Source: Thermoguttaceae bacterium
Lineage (GTDB): Bacteria; Planctomycetota; Planctomycetia; Pirellulales; Thermoguttaceae
DNA: 64,000 nt
Direction: 5' to 3'
Assembly: GCA_031548665.1 (NCBI GenBank)
Contig: JAVBQW010000029.1
Location: 11,684 to 75,683 of the forward strand
Below the pieces are notes generated by a model. The model saw nothing but the letters and a program-made list of their open reading frames with translations, ran no database searches and was not told the DNA's origin. Both the position numbers and the translations under genes were made by a program. Shown here piece after piece: positions 9,010-18,100 of the stretch (position 1 is its first letter; the number at the start of each line of letters is the position of its first letter).

Positions 9010-10185
9010 TCAGAAACTCGGCAAGGACACGTTGACGCCGTCGTTGACGCGAGAATACGCCGCGAGGATCGGATTCGCGGTAACCGTTACCGCCAGCGAA
9101 AAGACGGCTCCGTCACCGAGCAGCACATTGCACACGCCCGGATGCCAACTGCCGAAAGCGTTCGTGTTTTGATCGTTGATCCGTGCAAAACCTTCGTAAT
9201 AATCGTTGATTGCAGCGGTCGCACCCCCGGCGTTTTCAGCGCGAACGTAAAAATATCTCATGCTGGCAAAACGACGGTTTTCGCCGAAATTCAAAATCGA
9301 GCAATCGGCACGGAAAATGCCGGAATCCTCGCACCTTTCAAACGCATTGGGATGAATATGCTTTTCCGAAACAAGGAACTGATTGGAAGAACCGTCGGCC
9401 CACCACGCCATGGTGTCACGGGGAAGCCAAGTTCGGCCGTTGCCGCTGGTCAATACCGCTTGGCGAAACGGACTGGCGTCAAACTGGATTTGCGCGCCGC
9501 TGTTGCCGACGTGCCAGTGAATGGCGTTCTGCGAGACGCTTTTGTCCGCTTTATAAACGCACAAAACAGGGCTGTAATCACCACGAGGTCCCGCGGAAAG
9601 CCCCGCGCCGCTGCCGGTTCCGTCGTCGTTACAGGAGGACGGGAGCAGATATTCGGTGACGATGCACGGTCCGCCGCCGCGACGTGTCGGACAGCGGATG
9701 GTCGCGACCGACCCATGGCGATTGCGGCCTGCTTCATTGAGGGCTCCAGCCGTTGCCGCGTTGGCGAGATTCCACCAAGCGTTGGAATACCAAACGCTGA
9801 AACCGGTGTTGCCGTTGAAGACCGTGGTGTCGTATTCGTCAAAGAGCTGGGTCTGTTCAAGATACGGATACAAGAGCGGCCAAATCAGCACCCGGTTCCA
9901 ACGATTATTGTCCGCTCCGTTTTCGGAGCCGATCATCGACGGCGGCAAGCCGCGAACGGTATCGTGGAAATTGTGGACGGCAATACCGATTTGTTTGAGA
10001 TTCGTAATGCACTGGGCTCGTCGTGCCGCTTCCCGGGCCGCTTGAATGACCGGCAACAGCAGCGCAATCAAGATGCCGATGATCGCGATGACCACCAAAA
10101 GTTCAACGAGAGTAAAGCCTTGCAGCTTGCCTCCCTTCACTAAACGGCCACGCTTCGCGAGAAAACGCAACGAAAACTTTTCCAT
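9010..10185 (-). CDS. DUF1559 / H-X9-DG protein with prepilin-type N-terminal methylation domain (paralog of 7205..8407)
   Basis: Start chosen at [13 protein letters not shown] by analogy with the paralog [50 protein letters not shown] and [16 protein letters not shown]. Confidence 0.9.
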   Translation of the reverse strand: MEKFSLRFLAKRGRLVKGGKLQGFTLVELLVVIAIIGILIALLLPVIQAAREAARRAQCITNLKQIGIAVHNFHDTVRGLPPSMIGSENGADNNRWNRVLIWPLLYPYLEQTQLFDEYDTTVFNGNTGFSVWYSNAWWNLANAATAGALNEAGRNRHGSVATIRCPTRRGGGPCIVTEYLLPSSCNDDGTGSGAGLSAGPRGDYSPVLCVYKADKSVSQNAIHWHVGNSGAQIQFDASPFRQAVLTSGNGRTWLPRDTMAWWADGSSNQFLVSEKHIHPNAFERCEDSGIFRADCSILNFGENRRFASMRYFYVRAENAGGATAAINDYYEGFARINDQNTNAFGSWHPGVCNVLLGDGAVFSLAVTVTANPILAAYSRVNDGVNVSLPSF

Positions 10186-10501
10186 GACAATACCTTTCAA
10201 ATAGTAAACTGGAAAAAAGGACAGCAACTTGGCACCGCGTTAACGAAACAGTAAACTTGTTCGGCAACGGACTCCGCTACCCGAACACAATCGATTCCGT
10301 TTTCGCAGATTCGCCAAAAGGCACCTCGAAAAATCCATCCTGACGTCGTTGAAACCGAAAACACCTCTTGATTCTTTAAGACTGCGACCACAGGTCGCAG
10401 CTCGTTTTCAGAATTTTCCAAGGTACCTTAATGTTAATTGTCATCGACGGGAAAGTCAAGGAAAAATGTCCCTCGCTTCCGACGAAAAATAATGAAAGCC
10501 C

Positions 10502-11929
10502 CTAATTTTTCAATCTTTCCAGATATTTCGTCCGGATGCCGTTCAGTTCTTCGACGACTTCCGGATGCTTTTCGGCGAGGTTCGTCGTTTCGCCGGGATC
10601 GTTTTTCAAGTCGATCAGGACCAGCGGCGGCTCGGGAGGTTGTTGCGGAAACCTCGGATTATTCATGTTCCACGGCGTCGGCTTCGACACGTCGATCGGA
10701 TTGGCGAGCAACTTCCAGTCTCCTTTGCGGAGGGCCCATTGTCCGTTGAGCGGTTTGACGTCCCAATAGAGTTCTTCATGCGGCGACGGTCCGTCGTTCT
10801 TCAACGCGTCGGCAAAACTCTTGCCGTCGATCACTTCCTTGAGTTCCTGTTTCGGAAACGCGACGCCGCAGAGCTCCGCCAGGGTCGGCATCCAGTCGCA
10901 GCCGCTGAGTATCTGATTTCTGACGACGTCCTTCGGCAACGACTTCGGCCAGGAAACCACGGAAGGAACCCGGATGCCGCCTTCGTACATGCTGAACTTG
11001 CCGCCGCGATACGGACCGGCCCAACCGCCGCCGTAGCCGGTTCGCTCCTCGAAGGAATGTCCCTGATCCGCCTGGAACACGATGATCGTGTTCTCACGCA
11101 GCCCTTCCTTTTCCAATGCTTCGACGATCCGGCCGATCTGCTTGTCCATGTCGGTCAGGAACGCCGTGTACAGCCGCCGAACGTCGACCGTCGAATTGAA
11201 CTTGCCGGCGTAGAGAACTTCTTGGGGAACGACGTTTTCATACGATTCCATCGTTTCCGTCGTCGGCTGCACCGGATAATGCGGAATGTTGTAGGCAACG
11301 TACGTAAAAAACGGTTTCTCCTTGTTCCGCTTGATGAAGTCGATGCACTCGTCGGTCATCCGCTGAGGAAAATACTGCCCCGGTTCGTAGATTTCCTTGC
11401 CGTTCTTCCAAAGATCGTGTCGGCAGGCGCCTTCCCAGTAGATGTAGTGCGACCAGTTGTCGATGACGCCGCCCATGATCCCATAGTGTTCGTCGAATCC
11501 CTGTGCGGTCGGGATCGTCTCGGGCGAGTATCCGAGATGCCATTTTCCGAACAGACCCGTCCGATAACCGGCATCGTGGAAAAGTTCGGCGATCGTGTAC
11601 TGCTCGGTCGGCATTCCGGGGCGTCCGAACATGCAGGACACGTTGGCGGGAACACCGGCACGGGTCGGCATTTTGCCGGTCATCAGGCCGGCTCGGGAAG
11701 CGGAGCAGACCGGTGCCGGGGCGTACATTTGCGTGAAACGAACGCCGCTTTTCGCCAACCCGTCGATGTTCGGAGACAGAACGTCCTTTGTTCCGTAACA
11801 GCCGAGGTCGACGGCTCCTTGATCGTCGGAGTAGATCAGCACGACGTTCGGTCGCTGCATTTCAGCGGCGAACACCGAAACGGCAACAAGCAAGACGACC
11901 GAAGTCGCCAGAATTCGGACCGTGTTCAT
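10502..11929 (-). CDS. Arylsulfatase (formylglycine-dependent sulfatase family), secreted
   Basis: PNVVLIYSDDQG, the FGly motif CSASRAGLMTGK (a C-x-A-x-R variant), GKWHLG, and an N-terminal signal peptide. Confidence 0.9.
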   Translation of the reverse strand: MNTVRILATSVVLLVAVSVFAAEMQRPNVVLIYSDDQGAVDLGCYGTKDVLSPNIDGLAKSGVRFTQMYAPAPVCSASRAGLMTGKMPTRAGVPANVSCMFGRPGMPTEQYTIAELFHDAGYRTGLFGKWHLGYSPETIPTAQGFDEHYGIMGGVIDNWSHYIYWEGACRHDLWKNGKEIYEPGQYFPQRMTDECIDFIKRNKEKPFFTYVAYNIPHYPVQPTTETMESYENVVPQEVLYAGKFNSTVDVRRLYTAFLTDMDKQIGRIVEALEKEGLRENTIIVFQADQGHSFEERTGYGGGWAGPYRGGKFSMYEGGIRVPSVVSWPKSLPKDVVRNQILSGCDWMPTLAELCGVAFPKQELKEVIDGKSFADALKNDGPSPHEELYWDVKPLNGQWALRKGDWKLLANPIDVSKPTPWNMNNPRFPQQPPEPPLVLIDLKNDPGETTNLAEKHPEVVEELNGIRTKYLERLKN

Positions 11930-12010
11930 AGAAACTTTCAGGGTAAAGGTTTGAAAAAATCTATACTGCGAAACGGCATTCGACTGACATTATTTCGTCG
12001 CAATTTCCGA

Positions 12011-12646
12011 ATGATTTCCCGCAAACGACTCAACCGACCGAAGCTTTTCGTCGATAAACCGTATTGGGATTGTATCGACTTCACCGCCCTCTTTCAATCG
12101 TCGCCAATGGATACGCCGAATCTTGCCGCCGCTTCGATGCTGGTCGGAAAATGTTTGGACGACCACCATCCGGAGCGGAGCGGCGTGTCTCTCATTGCGT
12201 TTCCGGGCGAGGAAAGCGACTCGATTCAGGAAGCCTGGCTGGAATCGTTGAGCGGTGTCCGTGTTCGGCGATCCGATCGAGTGCTGCTGGCGCAGCCGTT
12301 GCATTGGCCGGTTCCGATCATTTTCGGCGTTCTCGGTGCTTCCGGGGCCGATTCTTCCGCCGATTCTTCTGTTTCAGGGTTTGAGGTTCGCGACAACAAC
12401 GTCATCGTGTTGAAGGGCGACTCGCCGATCCAAGTCGTCGCCCACGACGGCCGTAAGCTCGTCGAGATCGGCAAGAGCTTGAACGGTCCGACGATCCGGA
12501 TTTGCCAGCGCGACGCGGCGATCCAACTTCCCGGCAAGCTGAGCATTGCGGCGGCAGAGCTTCTGCTTCGTTCCCACGGCGGCGACGTCCGAATCGAAGC
12601 CGATCAGGAAGTCGTCGTTCAGGGCGACCTGATTCGTTTGAATTAG
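12011..12646 (+). CDS. Hypothetical protein (211 aa), hidden in the tail of the long shadow ORF 10565..12646
   Basis: ATG at 12011, in frame with the 3' part of the track ORF and beyond the sulfatase gene. GC3-rich codons. Convergent with the SDR gene. The sequence looks protein-like (…PVPIIFGVLG…VRIEADQEVVVQGDLIRLN). The start codon is uncertain. Confidence 0.5.
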   Translation: MISRKRLNRPKLFVDKPYWDCIDFTALFQSSPMDTPNLAAASMLVGKCLDDHHPERSGVSLIAFPGEESDSIQEAWLESLSGVRVRRSDRVLLAQPLHWPVPIIFGVLGASGADSSADSSVSGFEVRDNNVIVLKGDSPIQVVAHDGRKLVEIGKSLNGPTIRICQRDAAIQLPGKLSIAAAELLLRSHGGDVRIEADQEVVVQGDLIRLN

Positions 12647-12683
12647 CGATTCCCCGTTTCGCCGCATGTCGATGTCCGGCTCG

Positions 12684-13415
12684 CTATCGATCGACGTCGG
12701 CCGGTTTCTTTCCGCCGTTGAGCCGCAAGTCGATGCCGTCGACGAAGTCGGCGGACGGCGAAACGAGCCAAAGAACGGTTTCGGCGACGTCTTCCGGTTC
12801 GCCCCAGCGTCCGAGCAGCGACTGTTCGGCTCCGAACCGTCGAAACGTTTCGGAAGCCTGATCGCCCCAACGGGTTCGAATCCAGCCGAGCGACAGGCAG
12901 CGAACACGGACTTCCGGAGCGAGCGTCGCGGCCAGGGAGCGACAGAATCCGAGGACGGCTCCTTTTGCCGCTCCGTAAAGCTGAGCGGTTTCCCCGGCCA
13001 AACCATCGGCGACGCCGTCCCAACTGAAAAAGACGAGCGTTCCGCCGCCTTGTTCTTTCATCCGCTGTCCGACTCGCCGCGACAGGCTCAGCGTTGCGAA
13101 CACGTCGACCTCCATGAGCCGCCGCAGTCGTTCGTCGAAGGACAAATGTTTCAGCTCGGCCGACATCAGGTCGACGCCGGCGGCGTTCACCCAGAGATCG
13201 ATCTTCGGCAAGCGTTCGAATACGGCGTCGACGAACCGATCGGATTCGCCGGGCGTCGAAAAATCGGCGTTCAGGAAATTTTTTCCTACTGTTCGGTGAG
13301 CATGTCTTAAGACCGAAACGCCGGCTTGTTCCAGAATATCGGCCGTCGCCTTGCCGATACCGCCGGAAGCGCCGGTAATCACCGCGTTTCGACCATCAAG
13401 TTGCGAGTTCTTCAT
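12684..13415 (-). CDS. Short-chain dehydrogenase/reductase (SDR)
   Basis: VITGASGGIGKA (TGxxxGxG) and YGAAK (YxxxK). Confidence 0.9.
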   Translation of the reverse strand: MKNSQLDGRNAVITGASGGIGKATADILEQAGVSVLRHAHRTVGKNFLNADFSTPGESDRFVDAVFERLPKIDLWVNAAGVDLMSAELKHLSFDERLRRLMEVDVFATLSLSRRVGQRMKEQGGGTLVFFSWDGVADGLAGETAQLYGAAKGAVLGFCRSLAATLAPEVRVRCLSLGWIRTRWGDQASETFRRFGAEQSLLGRWGEPEDVAETVLWLVSPSADFVDGIDLRLNGGKKPADVDR

Positions 13416-13453
13416 TTCGAGGGACCTTTACGGTAGAATCTATTTTTCACCAA

Positions 13454-13497
13454 AAAGAGCCGGGGACGAAGCCGGTACTCCGGCGCAGTCCCCGGGC
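13454..13497. repeat. PAL-C palindrome AAAGAGCCGGGGAC-GAA-GCCGGTACTCCGGC-GCA-GTCCCCGG
   Basis: Outer stem CCGGGGAC/GTCCCCGG and inner stem GCCGG/CCGGC. Lies in the divergent intergenic region. Confidence 0.85.
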
Positions 13498-13514
13498 CGA
13501 ACAGATAAGCCGTC

Positions 13515-15089
13515 ATGAAAAATTTTCGTTTAATTTTCTTCGCCCTATTATCTCTTTTTGCGATATTTCTTGAAGCGGCGCCCCCCGACGCCTTGCGGCA
13601 GGCGGCGAACCAGGCGACGGTCGAGTATCGTAACGACTTGGAAAAGCTTGCCGACTGGGCCGCCAAACAGGGACTCCGTGCGGAGACGTTGCAGACACGG
13701 TCCGCCGTGTTGCCATCGGAGCCCGACAAAATTTTTCTGCCGAGTTTTCCGCTCGCCGTGGGAACCTTGGACCTTCCGAAGGGACTGCCGAGCAACCTGC
13801 CGAGAAAATACGCGGTCCTTTTTCTCTCCGGCGAAACGGCTTCGGAAAAGTCCGGTGACGCGTTGGAAAAAGAATCGGGCGTCGCGTTGGCGCCGCAAGA
13901 CGTTTGGCGGATTCAATTTCGTACGATCCGGACGAACTACGCCAAGCGGCTCCAGTTGCTGGCCAAGACGGCGGTCAAGGACCAGCGGGGTTCCCTGGCG
14001 GTCCAGTTGGCGGTCGCCGGACTCCACGCGAACCCCGATCACGAAGGTTTTCGAACCGTCTTCGGATTCGTCAAATACAAGGGCGAATGGCGAACGCCGT
14101 GGGAAGTCGAGCGACTGAAAAAGGATTTCGTCGATCATGAACGCTTCGGCTGGATCCCGAAGAAAGCGGTCGACCGTTACGAAAAAGGAGAACGGTATTG
14201 CAACGGCGAATGGATTCCCGAAACGGAAGACATCCGAAGGCATTCGGCGATTGAAAACGGTTGGAAAATCGAGTCGGAACACTACGATCTGACGACGAAT
14301 CACGGCATCGAGGAAGGCGTTCGGATGCTCCGGCAGAACGAGAATCTCTACCGGGCTTGGAAGCTGCTGTTTTTCCGTTACATGGCGACCGACGCGCAGC
14401 TTGCGACGCTTTTCAACGGCAAAATGGTCCCCGCGCCGCTTCGGCGGCACAAAATCGTTCTCTATCGGGACCGTGAAGATTTTCTCCGGGCCGAAAAGGC
14501 AAGGGGCGAAAAGGAACCCGAACGGTTCGCCGGAATGTACCGATATACCAACAAGGACGGTTGCTGTTATTTTTACGTCAGCGGTTCCCTGTCGATCATG
14601 TATCACGAGTCGACGCATCAACTGTTTCAAGAAACGAAAAACATCGCCGGGAACCAACTGTTGAGTGGCGTGGCGAAAAACGAACAGCCGTTGAACACCT
14701 GGCTCCGGGAGGGCGTCGCGATGCTCATGGAAACGCTCCAGGTCGACGAGGCCGGATATTACGTGATCGGCAACAAGAACAGCGGCCGGATCCGGTCGGC
14801 GAAACGGAATTTCCGTAACGATCGTTTTTTTCTGCCGTTTTCGGATCTCGCGGACATCGACGGTCGGGATTGGAAGTCTCACGAAAAAATGGGTTCGCTC
14901 TACGATCAATCGGCGGCGATGTTTTATTTTCTCATGTTTTACGAAAACGGTCGGTTGCGCGATCCGCTTGTCGTGTTGCTTCGGCTGCATTACGAGCAAA
15001 AGGACACGCGGCAGTCGATCGTCCAGTTGACCGGGATGAGTACCGACGAACTCGACGCCGCGTTCAAGGATTTTTTGAAAGAAAACTAA
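13515..15089 (+). CDS. Secreted HExxH protein (putative zinc metallopeptidase-like, DUF1570-like)
   Basis: Signal peptide MKNFRLIFFALLSLFAIFLEA and an HESTH motif in SIMYHESTHQLF. The family assignment is from memory. Confidence 0.7.
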   Translation: MKNFRLIFFALLSLFAIFLEAAPPDALRQAANQATVEYRNDLEKLADWAAKQGLRAETLQTRSAVLPSEPDKIFLPSFPLAVGTLDLPKGLPSNLPRKYAVLFLSGETASEKSGDALEKESGVALAPQDVWRIQFRTIRTNYAKRLQLLAKTAVKDQRGSLAVQLAVAGLHANPDHEGFRTVFGFVKYKGEWRTPWEVERLKKDFVDHERFGWIPKKAVDRYEKGERYCNGEWIPETEDIRRHSAIENGWKIESEHYDLTTNHGIEEGVRMLRQNENLYRAWKLLFFRYMATDAQLATLFNGKMVPAPLRRHKIVLYRDREDFLRAEKARGEKEPERFAGMYRYTNKDGCCYFYVSGSLSIMYHESTHQLFQETKNIAGNQLLSGVAKNEQPLNTWLREGVAMLMETLQVDEAGYYVIGNKNSGRIRSAKRNFRNDRFFLPFSDLADIDGRDWKSHEKMGSLYDQSAAMFYFLMFYENGRLRDPLVVLLRLHYEQKDTRQSIVQLTGMSTDELDAAFKDFLKEN

Positions 15090-15145
15090 ATTTTCACACG
15101 GCTTGCCGATCGTTTGCGTTTTAACCGCGCAGCGTGTCTTCGACG

Positions 15146-18100
15146 TTATTGTTCAACGAAAATTTCCACGTCGTCGATCCACAGCGTACCGGAAGCGCCG
15201 TTGAGACCGACCTGGACGGTGAGGCGTTCGAGCTTTTCCGGAACGGCGAATTCGGCAACGATTTGTTTCCAATCGAAGGTTCCGAGCAAATTCGGCGACG
15301 AATAATATTGCATTTTACCGCCGATTTGCGCGGCGAAGCGGATGCAGCCGACCTGCCAACCTTCGGGGCCCTTTTCGATCTTGTCCCCTTTGACCCACGC
15401 CGTGAGTTTCAGTTTCGAACCGACGGGAAACGCCTTGGCGTCGAGATCCTGGGCGAAGAGTCGATAATTCGCGATTTCGCCGACGACCTGGGCCGACGCG
15501 CTGCCGGAATGTTTTTCCGAAACGGATATCGAGCCTCCTTGCGGCGTCTGCCAACCGCCGAACTGTTTTCGGTCTCCCTTCAACACGACGCCGGTTCGGA
15601 GCGACACGAGATCGTTTCCGAACGAATTTTCGAACCCGCCGTCGGCGATGATCGAATTTTCAGAGCCCGACGCGTCAGCGAGGGGAGCGGCGTTGGTCCC
15701 TCGCTGACGCTTCGGGCTCTGTTGTTTGTCGTCGACGAAAACCGTTGCGGCAAACGAACGCCAACGGTTCGGCGGTCCGACCGCATCGCGATCGTCGAAC
15801 GTTACGAAAAAGTTCTTACGATCCAAAAAGAGCTTTGACGCGGCATCCCCGTCGACATTCGAAAACCGCAACAACACCGATTGATCGGACGATCTCAACA
15901 CGGCGGCATCCACCTCATTTAGCCGGTACTCCGGCGATCTTCCCTTGGCGTCGACGTTCGTTCCCGTCGCAACGGATTTCCCGTCCTTAAAATACTCGAA
16001 CGTTTCGACCCGATCCATGGGAAAGATCGCCGCGAGAAAGCCCTTGTTGTCGGTCGGCATTCGGGACGTTTTGACACCGTAATTCAGATCGAACGCCGAA
16101 TCGTCGCCGAGAGCGTATTCGATGAAATACTCGACGGGAGGCCGCAGCAAATCGAAGCGACCGTTATGCCGGAGTTGTCCTTCGAATCGCAGCCGCATCA
16201 CGTCGCCGTCCTGCACGATTCGGCAGGCCGCTTCGACGTCGTCCGCGGCGGCGTAACGCATTTTCTTGTCGCTGTAACCGTAATCGGTGTAAAGATCGCC
16301 TTGCCGTATTAAAGAGCCGGGGACGGAGCGGTACTCCGCGCAGTCCTCGGATTGAGCGACGTTCCCGGTCCGGGGATTGCGCTCCGCTCCATCCCCGGCT
16401 CTTTGCGTGTCGTTCGAGACTTTTCGATCGAGCGACGTAATCGTACCGCTCCGCGATATTCGCAATCGATAATGATCGTTCTCGTAAATCCAACCGCCGA
16501 TTGCGCGACGGAAATTCGGATTCGGCGGATCTTTGGGATCGGTCGGCGGTAGTCCGAAGAACAACGTGAACGCCGGTTCCGTCGCCAATCGGGGAGCCGT
16601 TTCGTCGGTCCACGAAACGAGCAACGACAATTCCTTCTTTTCACCGATTCGATCCAATATCCGTACACGGGCCGGTGGGGTGTCGTCTAAAAGCACCGGC
16701 AACAGACCGCATGAAACCGAGTTGTTGGAGCGCAACGGATAAAACGGCGTCAACAACGAATCGAAGATCACGTTCGTTCCTTGCGGTCGCCAATAGATGG
16801 AGCCGTAAACGCCGTCCGTTGTCAAATGTCGTGGTTGATAATGTTCGACAAAGAAATCCCACGGCGTCAGGACGTTCCAATGCGGAAATCGGCTGTCGGG
16901 CACCGAAAAGTTAATTGCCGCATTGGGGGGAATGTCCGTTCCCGTCCAACGGCTCGTCATCCGAAAACAAGGAAGGAAGTAATCCCTTTTTCCTTCGTTG
17001 GAATAAACGATTTCAAGTGTTGCGTTTCCGAACTTTCGGTGGACGGTAATCTCTTTGTCTTTTTGAACGATAATCGGTTTCTCGGCCTTTGCAAGGTATT
17101 CGGGCGGCAGGAACAGGTCCGCTTTGCCGAGAAGAGACGGATCTTTCTCCCAATTACACAACGCGAGAAGTCCGTCTTTGGGATCAATGTAAGCCGTATA
17201 TTTGTTTTCCAAGGGAAAAACAATCGCATCGACTTCGGGCTTGAGTTGCTCGGGAGCTTCCTCTTTTCGTGTCGCTTTCGAAATGGACCCAATAACGTTT
17301 TTGAAACCCTTCAACTTGTCGATTTCAGACTGATTTTTCCTGAAAACGATAAAATTGACACCAAAGGGACCGGGCGAAAAATACTTTATTTGAACATGAT
17401 CGTCGACAATCTCCATATTCGATATTTTGTCCAAAATCCAAGGGGGTGAAACATAGCAAGCCTCGGCGTCTTTCGTTTTCAATATCGATGGAAGTTTGTT
17501 CAACGGCATCCGAAGCGTTCCGTTCTCAACCTTGTCACGAAAATCGATCATCGCGATGCAGGCGTCGTCCCCTTTGGTACGCAACACGGCGAACACGCCC
17601 GGCGGCACATCGACGGCAAGATAATCGGCGTCGCCGCCTTGCAATTCCGGTAACACATTCCGTTGTGAGAATATTTTGCGTACATCATCGAAATTGCCGT
17701 CTTCCTGTTCGTGATACACGAGCGGAATGCCGTGGATGAACGCCGTCAGCGCAACCAGCGCCCGATGCGGTTCGACGCCGTACCAAAGTTGTCCCCGTAG
17801 CGAATCGTGAGACTCGACATGCCGCAACCGCAGCAGGTCGGGGATGTCCGAATACTGTTGTTCGTGCAGCCAACGGCGTAAACGTTTCACAAATTCTTCC
17901 GGCGTCTGCTTGCGAGAGTCCTGAAGCACGCTGTAACATAAATCGAAATCGTACACCGCGTCGCTCACCGCTCCGAAAATGCTGCCGTTCACCTCGGCGA
18001 GGATCGCGCCGTCCGGTTTCTGGTCCTTCACCGCCTTGCGAATCGCCCGGAGCATGTTAAAGCCTCCCTGCGATTGCGAATGGGACGCCCGACTGTACGG

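Noticed and set aside
10382-10400. Hairpin CTGCGACC-ACA-GGTCGCAG downstream of the sulfatase gene as a PAL-B family member
   Set aside because: It has a similar shape but a different sequence and lacks the AGAGCC head. It is probably an ordinary terminator-like hairpin, so it is not counted in the family.
10565-12010. 5' three quarters of track ORF 10565..12646
   Set aside because: Antisense to the sulfatase gene and without protein-like features. Only the part downstream of 12011 is kept as a candidate gene.
12870-12892. GGGTTCGAATCC tRNA T-loop-like motif
   Set aside because: The flanking bases cannot form a T-stem or acceptor stem. It lies inside the SDR gene and is read as WIRTRW on the minus strand.
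13548-14999. 483-aa minus-strand ORF opposite the HExxH protein gene
   Set aside because: Arg-rich shadow ORF. The plus-strand ORF has a signal peptide, HESTH and ordinary composition.
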